64,000 nt of DNA. Origin: Geosiphon pyriformis uo1. Taxonomy: Eukaryota > Fungi > Glomeromycota. A program made the translations under genes and the position numbers. The stretch is taken from assembly GCA_016748015.1 (NCBI GenBank), contig JAAOMT010000602.1, forward strand, positions 1,579,367 to 1,643,366. Reading direction: 5' to 3'. The notes beneath the pieces are model-generated. The model ran no database searches and had not been told where the DNA came from. It saw only the letters and a program-made list of their open reading frames with translations. This document shows positions 1 to 12,807 of the stretch, piece by piece (positions within the stretch are counted from its first letter, which is position 1; each line of letters starts with the position of its first letter).

Positions 1-27
1 ATAATAATAATAATAATAATAATAATT
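1..27. repeat. (AAT)n microsatellite
   Basis: Direct reading: ataataataa... for about 9 units at the window edge. Confidence 0.9.
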
Positions 28-895
28 ACATTGGGTAATGACAGTTTTACACTAAATGGCTCATTCGGTAATTGAAAACGGTTGTACTTATCATATGTAC
101 AATCCCAATAGATATCCTAGCATACGTTATTTTACATTTCCACGACTCTACTCCACATATTATTGATCATTTCTGAAAAAAAAAATTTAAAATGATTTTT
201 AAGCTATGCTTCGGATTGTTATACTATTGGAATCGCCATTCATTACAAACATTTGTTTTTCTTTGGATATAATTGGAAATTATATTACCTGAATTTTATG
301 CAAACACAGTAATAATAAAAATTATAAATATCTGGCTTTTGAAAAGATTGATGGTTTGGGTTTATTAAAATTAAGGTCTATTTATCAAAAATTGAAAAAT
401 AGATTGAAATAAAAATTAATAACTATTTGATATTTATAAAATATATGAAATGAATCACTGATTTTTATAAATATAACATGTCTTACAAGTTCCATCATAG
501 CTTATACTTTATAAATAGTTTGCTTTTTCTAGGAAAAACTTATACTGGTTGCGTATATTTAAACTTTTATCCAAATTTATCAATTTCTATTGCTATTTAT
601 TCTCGACTTTTTATTTTGATAACGTATTGTTTATTGAGTTTGACTTATGCCTAAACTTCGAAAGATTGCTCTATATTAAAATTTAATGTGGGTAATTCTT
701 ATGTTTTTATTTAAAAAGTAAGAAAGTGTTCTCTAAAAAAAGATTCATTAGTAATCCTATTCAGAATGTACCGCGTTTAAAATAAGATTTTATTTGTGAA
801 TTTGGCTTTCTTGGAAGGGGGACAAGAGCGATAGACTATAAAAGATTTTATAAGTACAAATTTCAAAATTGTGAGAAAATATCTTATGCAGTGAT

Positions 896-2375
896 TTAAT
901 TTTTGATAATTAAAAAAACTTCATACTCATCAAAAAAAATTCTACCATTGTGTTTTCTGACCCAGGCATTATAACGTGCTCATAATTTGTTTACTTTATA
1001 CAACTGCATGGAATAGATTGAAAATTAAGACTATATGTTCGAATACTATCACAGCCAAATTGGGGTCCGAACTCTTTATGACAAAAAGGTCCAAATCCAC
1101 TAATAAACTTGCTAAGTTTGGCATTTTGAGCTTTGCCATCTCCAAGGGTAAAAATAAAACTTCCCTCTCCATTTAAATAATAATCTAAAGAGTTCCAAGC
1201 TTCTGGGCTATAGCCACCAATCAATTGACCAGTTCCTTTGACTTTGGTTACAGCAATTGTTGCTCCTTTGTTATCACACAACCGATGAAAATTATTTGGT
1301 GAGAATCCGTCTCGACTGCCTCGAAGTAGTAATTTAAAATCATTTTCAAGTTGATCTTCCAAAGGAGTATTTTGGTCTTTGCCTTGAATCCAATGATCAA
1401 GCTGTTTTATATTATGTGATTGGAGAAGCTTTGAATCATTTAAGCAGGAAACACGTAATGGCTGAGCATCCACAGACTCTTGATGACTACCCGGTACTAG
1501 ATAATGCTGTAAAAGATCTTCATATAAGGTTCCAGGTAAAATCCTCGCAAATGGCTTTACTTATGATAAAAGTCAACTGAAGAGATGTTAAAGAACCGGA
1601 TTAAAGGTAGAAGTTCTCCAATAGATTCCTTAAAAGCTTCAAAGTTTTCATCTGTCCAATTAAGAACTTTTTCCAATTGAATGTCATTGCTTAATTTAGC
1701 GACTCCCCATTCTATAATCTTTTCCCATATTTTACTTTCTTCAATATTTAGGTCATCCTGGGATAAAATTGAGCAAAGAGCATTTTTATTAAGGGAGATA
1801 AAATCTTGAGAGTTAAAGACTGCAGCCGGATTGTTGACAGCTATTTCGGTGCAGAACTTTTGTAGCTTTTTGAACGAATTATGGATGAAGGATGTTTCAT
1901 GAAAGGTGGCAAAAGTTTCTTCCAACTCTTTTGCATAATGTTCGATTAAATAATCTTTAAGGTGATCAATAAGTTTTTTTAGAATAAGCTCGTCAGCGGC
2001 AATAAGCAATTCTAAGATTGTAAGTGGTCAGTGTTCATTAAGAGATATTTCACCACTATAAATGTATCTAGATAAAATAAAAAAAGTAAATAGTCATGAA
2101 TAGAAATATTAAGCAAAAAAGTTACTCACCGAACAATCACCTCAAAAATATCTGGCGATATATTAGGTTTAGAAAAGACGATAGTGTTATTTTCTCTTTT
2201 AACCCAATCACCAGAGAGTGCCATAGCAAAATACGAGGATCTTGCTGCTAAAATTTGTGAATGAACATGAAAAGTTCTAGTATTAGGCGCTTCGCCAACA
2301 ATAATCCTAACATCAGAAAAATTCTGACTATTCAATAAGCTCTCGAAATCGTGAGATAAAGCGTGAAAGAGTCAT
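896..2375 (-). pseudogene. BTB/POZ-BACK-TLDc protein pseudogene (paralogue 1)
   Basis: Collinear with the intact copy at 4462-5952: BTB (SDVRIIVG..FHVHSQILAARSSYF), BACK, TLDc (FKLLLRGSRDGF..FHRLCDNKG) and the same intron. Lesions: 11-nt deletion after the ATG (2373-2375), GGA>TGA near 2020, 1-nt deletion near 1560, GAA>TAA near 992, short T-run near 935. Confidence 0.92.
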
Positions 2376-3057
2376 TGATAAGATATGAAAAGTTGATTTT
2401 AAAAAGAATTTTAATTTTATATTAATATTAATATGCATTGATTACCATAAATGATAAACCTGCTGCATTTAATATCGTTTAAAGTTGTTTTGACAGAAAT
2501 TCTCATTGTGAGTTAAAATTGCATTTTTGAAGAGCAAGGATAGCATTCGAAAACACTTTTCATAAAAAATGGTATTTTTTTAGAAGTTTTCTTTATTTAA
2601 ATCAAAAATTCACTAGAAATAACTTAAATTTTTTTGAAAATAAGATTATAAAAGCTGTGCTAAATATTATATACAAGTAAAATTTAATTAAAGAAATTTT
2701 GGTGTGAATAAATAAAATGAATTCATTAAATTTATTATAACATAAAATGTTGAAAAAACTTTGTCTAAACGTAAATGTTCGTATTTATGCTTCATTTAAT
2801 AGCTTACAGCTTTATATGTCTTCTTATAACTTATTCATTATAGATTTCGATTAAAATATATAATATTATTAATTATTCATGATGACTATACTAAATCTTT
2901 ATAATAACAAAATTGAATTTATTTAAAAAAAATTTAAAATCTCCTAATGTGAAATAATGCAATATATAATATGTAATTATTTATTTTAAAATTCTAATTT
3001 TAATTTTTGAATCAAAATTAATTTAATGATAGGTATAAGTACAACTGATATAACAAC

Positions 3058-3690
3058 ATGCCTCACTCGGCATTATTAAAATTCAATAATAGTCAAAGGA
3101 TGTAGCAAGCAAATCCTAATCTTTGTTCTAAAATTAAGTAAAATCACTAAACTACCTACTATAGAATGTCAAAAAGTTGAAAAAATAAGAAAAATTGAGC
3201 ACAAAGACAGTAATAGTCTTCGTAGAAAAACTATAAACAAATATTGAGAAAAGTAGGTCAATATGTTTATAAAAATTCTTTGTCTCTGCAATCACACACT
3301 TAGCAGACATTAAAATCACTTGGATATATGAAAACCTACCAATTACTACAGAAATGCTCATGCAAATTTAAAAGCATAAACGTGTTAAATGAACCAAATT
3401 TCATCTTAATGATATCAGGAAAAAACCTTATTTTCTGATAAAACAGCGTCTCAACTGTTCCCAAACACAATTCAACATGGGGTATAAGGGAAAACAGCCA
3501 ATTTGTCCAAGAGCAAAAGATTGTACAAAATTTGTTGTATGGAATAGTTCTTGTATAAGGAGAAAATCTAATTTATTTTGTTTTTGGCGTATTATGGATG
3601 ATTAGTTTTTATATTGAAATTTTGCAACAACATATTGGAAAAGTTAATGGAATACTTGGGAAGAAGTGGTGCTTTGAACAAGATAATAGT
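3058..3690 (+). mobile_element. Degenerate Tc1/mariner transposase relic
   Basis: Reads LFSDKTASQLFPNTIQH (cf. VFSDETAF.LF.NT) and ends in a degenerate W.FEQDN motif. Clearly homologous to 15381-15957. Many stops and frameshifts; no TIRs recognised. Confidence 0.7.
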
Positions 3691-4461
3691 TGAAATTCAT
3701 ACTTAATTATCTTAATTAATTGTATAATAATAATTACATGATGTAATAATAGCTTTTACACTAAATCACTCGTTTGCTATTTTATATGTTGAATCACAAT
3801 TTTTATTAGTAGTTATTTAAAATATCATGCAAAATACCTTCTCGCTCTTTCATTACAAAATACTCCAATTCTAATAGAGATTCTAGGATCTGTTTTTTAC
3901 ATTTCCCCAACTATACTCCACATATTTTTGATAGAATTTAAATTAGAATTATTTGGCTATATAGCAAATGTGTTTCGGATTGTTATACTATTGAATCGCC
4001 ATTCACTACTAACATTTTTTTTTCTTTGATATATGTTTCCCAATAATTACTATTTAAATTATATGGATATAACTGGAAGAATAAAATTATAAATATTACA
4101 AGTTCCATCATAGCTTATTCTTTACAAATAACTATATATATATATATTCCTTTTTTATTGACTTTTTGTTTTGTTAACTTATTGTTTATTGAGTTTGACT
4201 TATTCCTAAACTTCGAAAGATCGCTCTATATTAAAACTCGATGTGGGCAATTCTTATGTTTTTATTCAAAAATTAATAAAATGTTCTCTAAAAAAAAGGT
4301 TCATTAGGGTAAACCTATTCAGAATGTACTGCGTTTAAAATAAGATTTTATTTAGGAATTTGGCTTTCTTGGAATGGATAGATTCTCTAAGTGCAAATAT
4401 CAAAATTAGAAGTCCTATTTAGCCTAACCTTTAGAAAAATATCTAATCCAGTGATTAAATT

Positions 4462-5952
4462 TTAGAGGATTTGAAAAACTTCATACTCATCAAACAAGAA
4501 TTCTACCGTTGTATTTTCTGATCCAGGCATTATGGCGTGCTCATAATTTGTTTCCTTTCGACAACTGCATGGAATAGATTGAGAATTACTACTATAGGTT
4601 CGAATACTCCACCAGCCAAATTGGGCCACGCAATCTTTATGACCAAAAGGTCCATATCCACTAACGAATTTGCTAAGCTTAGCATTTTGAGGTTTGCCAT
4701 CTCCAAGAGAAAAAATAAAACTTCCCTCTCCATTTAAATGTGAACCTAAAGAGTGCCAAGATTCCGGGGTATAGCCGCCGATCAATTGACCAGTCCCTTT
4801 GACTTTGATTACAGTAACTGTTGCTCCTTTTTTATCACATAACCGATGGAAATCATTTGGTGAGAATCCGTCTCGACTGCCTCGAAGTAGTAATTTAAAA
4901 GCATTTACTGGTTTGTTTTGAAAAGGAGTGTTTTCGTTTTTGCCTTCAATCCAGTGATTAAGCTGCTTTATATTGTGTAGTTGAAGAAGCTCTGATTCAA
5001 TTTTTGATTGTGAAAACCGTAATGACTGAGCGTCAAGAGATGTTTGATGACTCCCCGGTACTAGATAATGGTGTAAAAGATCTTCATATAAGGTTCCAGG
5101 TAAAATTCTAGCAAATGGCTTTACTTTATAATAAAAGTCAACTGAAGATATATTGAAGAACCGGATTAAAGGTAGAAATTCTCCAATAGATTCCTTAAAA
5201 GCTTCAAAGTTTTCATCTGTCCAATTAAGAACTTTATCCAATTGAATCCCATTGCTTAATTTAGCTGCTCCCCATTCTAAAATCTTTTTCCATATTTCAA
5301 TTTCTTCCATATTTAAGTCATCCCGAGATAAAATTGAGCAAAGAGCATTTTTATTAAGAGAGGTAAAATCTTGAGAGTTAAAGACTGTAGCTGGATTGTT
5401 GACAGCTATTTCGGTGCAGAACTTTTGTAGCTTATTGAACGAATGATGGTTGAAGGATGTTTCATTAAAAGTGGTAAAATTTTTTTCCAAATCTGTTGCA
5501 TGGTGTTCAATTAGATAATCTTCAAGGAGATCAATAAGGTTTTCTAGAATAAGTTCATCAGCGACAATAAGCAATTCTAAGATTGTAAGTGCTCCGTGTT
5601 CATTAAGAGATATTTCACCACTATAAATGTATCTAGATAAAATAAAAAAATTAAATACTCATGAATAGAAATATTAAGCCAACAAAATTACTCACCGAAG
5701 AATCACCTCAAAAATGTGGGGTGATATATTAGGTTTAGAAAAGACGATGGTTTTATTTTCTCTTTTAAAATCACCACTAGACAGCGCTACAGCAAAATAC
5801 GAGGATCTTGCTGCTAAAATTTGTGAATGGACATTAAAACTTCTAATATTAGGCGCTTTGCCAACAGCAATCCTAACATCAAAAAAATTCTGACTATTCA
5901 ATAAACTCCCAAAATCGTGAGATAAAGCGTGAAAAAGTTGTTGGGGTGCCAT
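4462..5952 (-). CDS. BTB/POZ-BACK-TLDc domain protein (putative Cul3 substrate adaptor), paralogue 2, 475 aa
   Basis: Exon 1 5952-5696, GT-AG intron 5695-5633 (63 nt), exon 2 5632-4462. The splice restores ILR|YIYSGEISL, a typical BTB motif. TLDc motifs LLRGSRDGF, FHRLCD, IGGY, SFIFSL, EYEVF. Confidence 0.93.
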
Positions 5953-7046
5953 TAATAAGATATCTTAAAAAGAAAGGGATTCAAATTTTATATCTGGAAA
6001 GATGATAAACCCGCTGCAGAAAAATGATCTATTAGAAGTAAACTTTTATACAGTACATCACGAGTCTAATTACTGCATATTAAATAAATTCTAAATTTAA
6101 AGATTCGAGATTTTTTAGCATATAGCTTATATTTTATTATGTTTATAAAAACATTCTGCTTTAAACTAATTTTAAGAAGTGTTATGTCATGAGATTTGTT
6201 TAAATTATCAATACATTTGAAAACAGCAGCATTTAGTGTTGAATAATATAATTAAAAGTGCTTTTTTAAGAAATTAATTTTCTTGCAAGGTATATTTATT
6301 CATTTCTATAAAATAAAGCTGCAAGCTTTTCAAAGTATCTGAAATAAAAAACATAATATTTAAAGCATAACTGTCTTAAAAGTAAAAATATTGTAAAAAG
6401 ATTTATATCTTGACAAAACAATGGTCTGTCTCCATTAGTAAACCAAATTTTAAATTTTTTTTTTAAAAGTAATTGAGATTTTGCATGATTAAGAAAATAT
6501 AAATAGCTAAATATTATTATTTAAAATCATCAATGAAAACAAAATTTTTTATAAATATATACAATATAAAAAGAAATTTTCTCTTTTAATATGAAATTGT
6601 GTGTATGTATATTTTTCCTAAAAAGGGATTATCATACACCATGATATTAGTATTTTTCTTTATTTAAATCAAAATTCCTGAAAAATAAGATATAAAATCT
6701 GTGCTAAATATTATACACAAGTCAAATTCGATTAAATAATTTTTCATGTGAATAATAAAATGAATACATTCATGTAAAATGTGAAAAAAAGCTTTTAAAT
6801 AAACACAAAAGAAATCTTCAGATTTTTATTTTATTAAATAGCTTATAGCTTTGTAAGTCTTCTTAAATGTTTTATAATTATTTAATAATATTATATAAAA
6901 CTATTTTTAAATTAATTATTATTTATAAAAAATTTCTAAACCTAATTTTAACACAATAATTAATAAATTGGCAAAAACTTGATAGTAATATTAAAAACAT
7001 TAAATTTAAAGATATATTATAAATATTGTCAAATTTTTATCCAACA

Positions 7047-7146
7047 TTTTTTTTATTGCTTACACATATGTTGTCTATCTAAATACATCCATGTTCCACA
7101 TTAGACGCAGCTCATGCTTTTTTCTACACGTGATCAGCCACTCCTT
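7047..7146 (-). mobile_element. Poly(A)-tailed retroposon 3' end (LINE 3'UTR/SINE-like), copy A
   Basis: Reverse complement reads gagtggctgatcacgtgtag..agcatgagctgcgtcta..taagcaataaaaaaaa, matching 10287-10397 and 44772-44886. Confidence 0.6.
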
Positions 7147-7812
7147 ATTTATCAGACTAGTTTAAGGGTTTCATCAATTCCATACTTACAAACCAACATG
7201 AAATAATAGAAATTAATTAAAAATATTTATTTACGATTTAAATTTATATTCAATATTAAATATTGCAACTAAATATTAAAAGTAGAAAATTTCTTTAAAT
7301 TCTATTTTATAGCGATACCAATTTTATATTAAAATTATACTTAACAAGAAATTTCCAATTTATATCAAATCTGCAAATTCATTTTTTGATAAGTTTTCTG
7401 TTTTATAATCAACCTAAATTAAAACAATGTTGGAAATACTGGTTTTTAAAAAATTCACTAACTGAAATATCAGATAACCATCAACCCGTTCTTAGAATCA
7501 CGAATAGGGAAGTTCTACACTGGAATTGAAATACCAAAAAATTCCTATTAAAAAATTGTCAAGGTTAGTAGTAAAAATCCAAATTCAAATTGTGTAATGG
7601 ATATAGAATACTAAAATTTGAAAATGCACAAAAATTCTAAATTCTTTTTTCTCTTTTTTTATATAGAAAACGTTTCATTTACATGAACTCATATGATTCT
7701 TTTTAGAGCATTCCTCAATCAATAAAACTACCTTTTTCAAGAAAGAATAAAACGAGTTTTAATAAAACTGCCTCTTTATTTTCTCTATTTCTATTTCTAT
7801 TTCTTTTCTTAA

Positions 7813-8620
7813 CATGGAGAACTTTAACAAAACATTAAAATATTATTCTAAAGCTAACCCTCGATAATAAGTGATGACAAAAATCTAATAATTTCTTACA
7901 AGCTAAATACGATATACTCATTGAACATAGCATTGTAACCAGTAGAATTGAAAGGAATAAATACATATACTATTAACTCCAATGCTCCTTTACTACAATA
8001 AGGGTGAAATATAACAGTTTCCCATTCCTAAGGATATTTTTGGAGGGACTTGGGCGATTGTCTTTCTTGAGATATACACAGTGAGAAGTGGTAGACAGTA
8101 AATGGCAATAAAAAAAATGTTCAGCATGAATTTCCATTTGAATTTCAAGTCCTGGCTAAAATGCTCTATAACATTTATTTCAACAATTACAGTAACTAGA
8201 GTAGTGTACACAAAGAAATCTGCACCCGACTAATACTTCAAACTTTTGTTTACATTGGTCTTTGTTTATCGTAACCAGGAAAAGTTGTAGATCAAATATT
8301 TCAACAGGAATATGTGTGTCAATATAAATCTATTCTTACCTTTATTAAGCTACAAGTATTGATTTAATCAACGTGAAATGTTTTTTGAACAATAGAAGAC
8401 GGAATTTTTCTGATTTTGTATTTTAGGAGTAACAACAGAGGCATTGATTGCTTTCAGAAGTGGCTGAGCAGGCTTTTTGAATTTATTATGTTCTTGGTAA
8501 AATGCCACAACCACTATGTATAACATAATAATTTAGAGACTGTTCTGATAAATGCGATGGTTACTATTAAATTTCTAAACTTCAAAACCCTAAATTTGCA
8601 ATTCTATGAAACTTGGTTAT
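7813..8620 (+). pseudogene. Decayed coding relic, possibly arrestin-N-like
   Basis: GC is higher than the flanks. The fragment HEFPFEFQV (8125-8151) resembles the arrestin-N F(P)F.F.(I/L)P motif. No continuous ORF. Confidence 0.25.
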
Positions 8621-8721
8621 GGTCAATTATGAATAATTTAACAAAAGTTTAAATTTGCAAAAGTAATTTTTAAAGCAGGGAAATAAAAATATTAGTTGCA
8701 GAAAAAACCAATAAATTTTTT

Positions 8722-8940
8722 AAAAGCTTTAAGGTTTTTGTCTGCCAATTGAAGAACTTTTCCAACTAAATGCTATTACTTAATTTAGCAACTTCCCATT
8801 CTACAATCTTTCTCCATATCTTACTTAAGTCATCTGGGATAAAAGTGAAGAAAGAATATTTTATTAAGGGAGGTAAAATTTTGAGAGTTAAAGACTATAG
8901 CTGCATTGTTCGGTGTTGAGCTTTTATAGCTTTCGAATGA
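8722..8940 (-). pseudogene. BTB-BACK-TLDc gene fragment (BACK region), paralogue 5
   Basis: Nucleotide homology to 1630-1875 and 5197-5440 (aaaagcttt..ccaattgaagaactttt..cccattcta..ttattaagggaggtaaaa..ttgagagttaaagact), with deletions. Confidence 0.8.
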
Positions 8941-10397
8941 TTAATTTTAATGTATTTTGTTATATTTTTCTTTAAAATAGGCTAATAGCATTATACTAAT
9001 GTCTTTTTTATTGTTTGTTTTTTCAAAGTGTTTTTGCTAATAGACTTGTATACATATTATATATATAATTTTTTCAAATCAGATAATTTTTGAAAGCATT
9101 TAATTTTTGTAATATAATTGGTTGATTGTTTTGCAAAAATTTTTTTTGTCAATCATATTTTGGTAATTATTGTTTTTTATCCAAAATTTGATGAATGTTG
9201 AATAATTTTCCGAAATCATTGTTAGTGTTGTTTAAAGTAATTATATTAATAATTAAATAGTTTGTTTAGTTTTGGCTTTTTTATTATTGAATTATTAAAT
9301 AAAAGAAAACCAACATTTTAATAACTTATTTTTTGACATTTAATTTCAGAATTGTATTTATTTACATAAAGAATTTAACAAACTATTTAACAATATTTAA
9401 ACTTGTTTTATAACCAAATAGTTTTTCTTAATTAAAAATTTCAAACATTAGTGTAATAAATAAATAGTTTTTTTAAATGAGATTGTTTTAAAATTGGTTT
9501 AAAGATAATTTTTTTTAATAGCTTTTAAAGCTTTTTGTTGGTTTGTACTCTATTAATAAAGGCAATGGTATTTTTTTGTAATATTAACAGAGACACTTCT
9601 ATATTTTTTAAAACTAAATGGAATGTTTTACTAATAATATTGTAATTGTATAAATGGCTCTAAATATTTGTAATTATACTTTAAGCAAAGTAAACTTTTT
9701 ACAGAAATTTTCTATTTGTAAGCTATTCAAAATGTGTGTGCATATATTTTTTTTTTGGTATTTAGAAAGCAAATCTCTTTAATGTTATGCGTTAAAGTTA
9801 ATTTTTAAATGATTATAATCAGGTTAAACTAATTAAAGTGAATTTATTTTAACAATTCGGTGTGTCATTTTACAGAAACTTTGACTGAAAAAAGTCCTGC
9901 CAAAAAAGAGAGAGATGCTTTCAACACAACCAAAGGCTGCTTTGTATCAGTAGTACTTAAGGGAAATGCTTTCACAATGTTTTGCTTAGTTGCTTTTACT
10001 ATTGAAAGAGCTTTTTTGGGTAGTTGTTTTCTTATTTACTATAGGGAAAATACAGTTTCTTCTATTTTGCTTTTTGCTCTGTGTCATGGTCATAAAATTA
10101 GAAAAGAGAAAGAATTTTGTTGTATACAATTTTTTATTTTAATTCTTGATTATTTTAGTTATTATTTTTAAGCCCAAAATTTTATTAATATTTGAAATAA
10201 AATTTAAGCAAATTATTTTTTAAACTTAAATAATTAAAACAAAACAAAAATCCATCATGTATGTTTATTAATTATTTTAAGCTCTCGGGTGGCGGGTCAC
10301 GTGCTGACAAAGCATGAGCTGCGCCTATTATAGAATGTTTTTATTTTTATGTCTGTAGATAGTGGTTGGGACACACTTCGTTAAGCAATAAAAAAAA
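8941..10397 (+). mobile_element. Hypermutated non-LTR retroelement relic ending in the conserved 3' motif and poly(A) (copy B)
   Basis: A T-rich, CpG-poor tract begins where the BTB fragment breaks off. It ends in gggtggcgggtcacgtg..agcatgagctgcgcc..taagcaataaaaaaaa (10287-10397). Assigning the body to the element is inference. Confidence 0.45.
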
Positions 10398-10983
10398 TTT
10401 TAAACTTATTTTTTGTGTACTATTTTATTTTGTTTTATTTATCTATTTCTAACCTAACATATTTATTATCAAGATATTTTCTATGAAAATAAGAAAAGCT
10501 ATGATTAATAAAGAGTTTGTTTGATTATAATGTAGGTAGTTGAACCATTCTATTTATAATTTCTTTATTTACAATTAGTCCTGTAATTAAAATCTTTAAT
10601 TGATTATTCCGTTATAATTGCTTTTGATCGAAATAAGAATTGGAGTTTGCTCGTACTAATCAATGAATTCAGACGTTTCTAATTATTATATTTCCCCAAA
10701 ACTCGTTACCATTTTTAATAAAGCAATCGTTATATTTAGTTATGCTAAAGATCTCAAATATTAAAATAGCTTAGATCAATTCCTAATCTGAGATGGGTAC
10801 TCTATTTAGACAAAAAGATTTTTATATACTTGGAAAAGAAGGCCCAAAAATTGACCTATATTTACATGGACACTATAATAAAACTAGGTTGATTCTGAAA
10901 ACAGGGAGAACTATCTTATATTGTAAATGTTCCGTTGGATGAAAGATACAATTTTTTCAACGTATCAAAAACTTTTTCTTGAA

Positions 10984-12807
10984 TTAATTGGATGGATCTG
11001 AAATTGTTTCTTCTTTTCCAGATTCAGTTTCATGATGGGAGGTGATGAACAAACCAATTATGGTAGCAATACAAGAGGAAATCATTGCCATGAAAAAAAC
11101 TTTTTTCAATGCTTCTGTATAAGCCTCAAGATCTTTGTCACTCTCACTCTGGGATTTATAAATATTAAATGATTCATTCTCATGCGATATGGCCAATTCT
11201 CTTGAATTCATCTCAAAATTGTACACAGCTCCAGCGATAACAATCCCAAGACAACTGCCTATTGTTCGGAAAAGCACAATTACTGAAGTAATCAATGGAA
11301 TGTCCTTTGAGTTAATAGCAGCATTATGAGCTGTTATAAGAGAGGTTTGTAACGAACATCCGAGCCCAGCTCCAGCAAGAAATTGAAATCCGAATATAGC
11401 TGCTGTACTTGAATGCTGGTTAAATCTAGAGAATGAATCGGCTGCAAAGGCAATCATGGCAAACCCAATAGTAGCCATCCAGGGTCGAAAATAACGAGTT
11501 CTTGATGTTGTAAATCCTATAAGGGAGAGAGGAATGTATCCAAGTAATAATGGATAAATCTGTAATCCGGCTCTCACAATACTGTACCCTTTCACAAATT
11601 CAAAGTAAATTGGCAAGTAAAATATAAAAACAATTAAGTTTAAACCTAATAAAAGGTTGAAGATGAAAATAACGAGATAATTTCGGATTTTAAATAAATG
11701 TAAAGGGATAATTGGTTCACTTGCAAAAAATGATTCGACCAGAATGAATCCCAAAAGTAAAACTACACCAGTGCAAAATAGCATAATTACAAAAACAGAG
11801 TCCCATTCGTATTTATTTCCACCCCAAATAAGAGGAAAGACGATCGCTAGTATCCCCAAAAATAATATGGTGATACCCAAAAAATCAATGTTTTTTAATT
11901 TACCACTGACCGAATCTTGAATTTTGGAAAGATACCAAAGAGCAAAGATAAGAGAAGTGGTCAAGCTGCCAATCAAAATGTTTAAATAGAATTCCCATCT
12001 CCATGATGTGTATTCGAGAAATATTCCACCAATAAATGGTCCAATAACTGTGCCAAGAACATAAACACCTTGAATTATTCCATGATATTTGCCATGAGAT
12101 TGAACTTGAACAATATCTGATGTGATCAGTATATACAAAGAAAGGATTCCACCGCTTCCAAATCCAGATATACCACGACTCAAAATTAGCATTATCGTAT
12201 TCTGTGAAGCGCCACATAAACTGGATCCAATTAGAAATATCAACATGGCTAAAAGAAACATATATTTTCGTCCAAGTATAGCTGAAATCTTTCCAAAAAG
12301 CGGTTGGGATGCTACTGACATTAGCAAGTATATGGTGTTAATCCAGACCAAGTTTGATGATGAATTAGAAAATAAATTTATTTTTGAAATAGAGGTAGCA
12401 AGTATTGTTTGATCCAGAGAAACGACAAATATTATAAGCGAGAGCGAGCAAAAGACAATGATTCTTGATGAAATTGGCAGTTTTGTTTTAGGGTCAAAAT
12501 GAAATTCTTCGTATTGGTTTCCTATTTGAGTATCAGATAAACTTGGCTCCATGACTTCTACCAGTGTTTCTTCTATATCATTACTTAATGTTAAAGTGGG
12601 ATAATTGGGTTCTTGGGTGATTGTCAAATCGTTGTCTGAATCATTCCAACGTTCGTTGTTGTTGATGTTGATCATTGTGAACTGCGATGATAGTCTTGGA
12701 ATTGTGTGATATTTTCCTTTAGAATGTAAATCAGAAGGATCTATATTCGTACTGGAACTCTGAAAATTCTCGCTCTCAATTGATTTTACTAAATTATGAG
12801 CTGCCAT
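10984..12807 (-). CDS. MFS drug:H+ antiporter, DHA2 (14-TMS) family
   Basis: 607-aa intronless ORF. Motifs SLDQTI (D1), GKISAILGRK (motif A-like), GSSLCGASQN..LILSRGISGFGSGG, GPFIGG..SWRWEFYLN, DFLG, EPIIPLHLF. Confidence 0.93.
   Translation of the reverse strand: MAAHNLVKSIESENFQSSSTNIDPSDLHSKGKYHTIPRLSSQFTMININNNERWNDSDNDLTITQEPNYPTLTLSNDIEETLVEVMEPSLSDTQIGNQYEEFHFDPKTKLPISSRIIVFCSLSLIIFVVSLDQTILATSISKINLFSNSSSNLVWINTIYLLMSVASQPLFGKISAILGRKYMFLLAMLIFLIGSSLCGASQNTIMLILSRGISGFGSGGILSLYILITSDIVQVQSHGKYHGIIQGVYVLGTVIGPFIGGIFLEYTSWRWEFYLNILIGSLTTSLIFALWYLSKIQDSVSGKLKNIDFLGITILFLGILAIVFPLIWGGNKYEWDSVFVIMLFCTGVVLLLGFILVESFFASEPIIPLHLFKIRNYLVIFIFNLLLGLNLIVFIFYLPIYFEFVKGYSIVRAGLQIYPLLLGYIPLSLIGFTTSRTRYFRPWMATIGFAMIAFAADSFSRFNQHSSTAAIFGFQFLAGAGLGCSLQTSLITAHNAAINSKDIPLITSVIVLFRTIGSCLGIVIAGAVYNFEMNSRELAISHENESFNIYKSQSESDKDLEAYTEALKKVFFMAMISSCIATIIGLFITSHHETESGKEETISDPSN

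Noticed and set aside
11900-12412. Overlapping ORFs inside the MFS gene, and similar ones inside the BTB-TLDc and lipase genes
   Set aside because: Alternate-frame or antisense shadows of well-supported genes.
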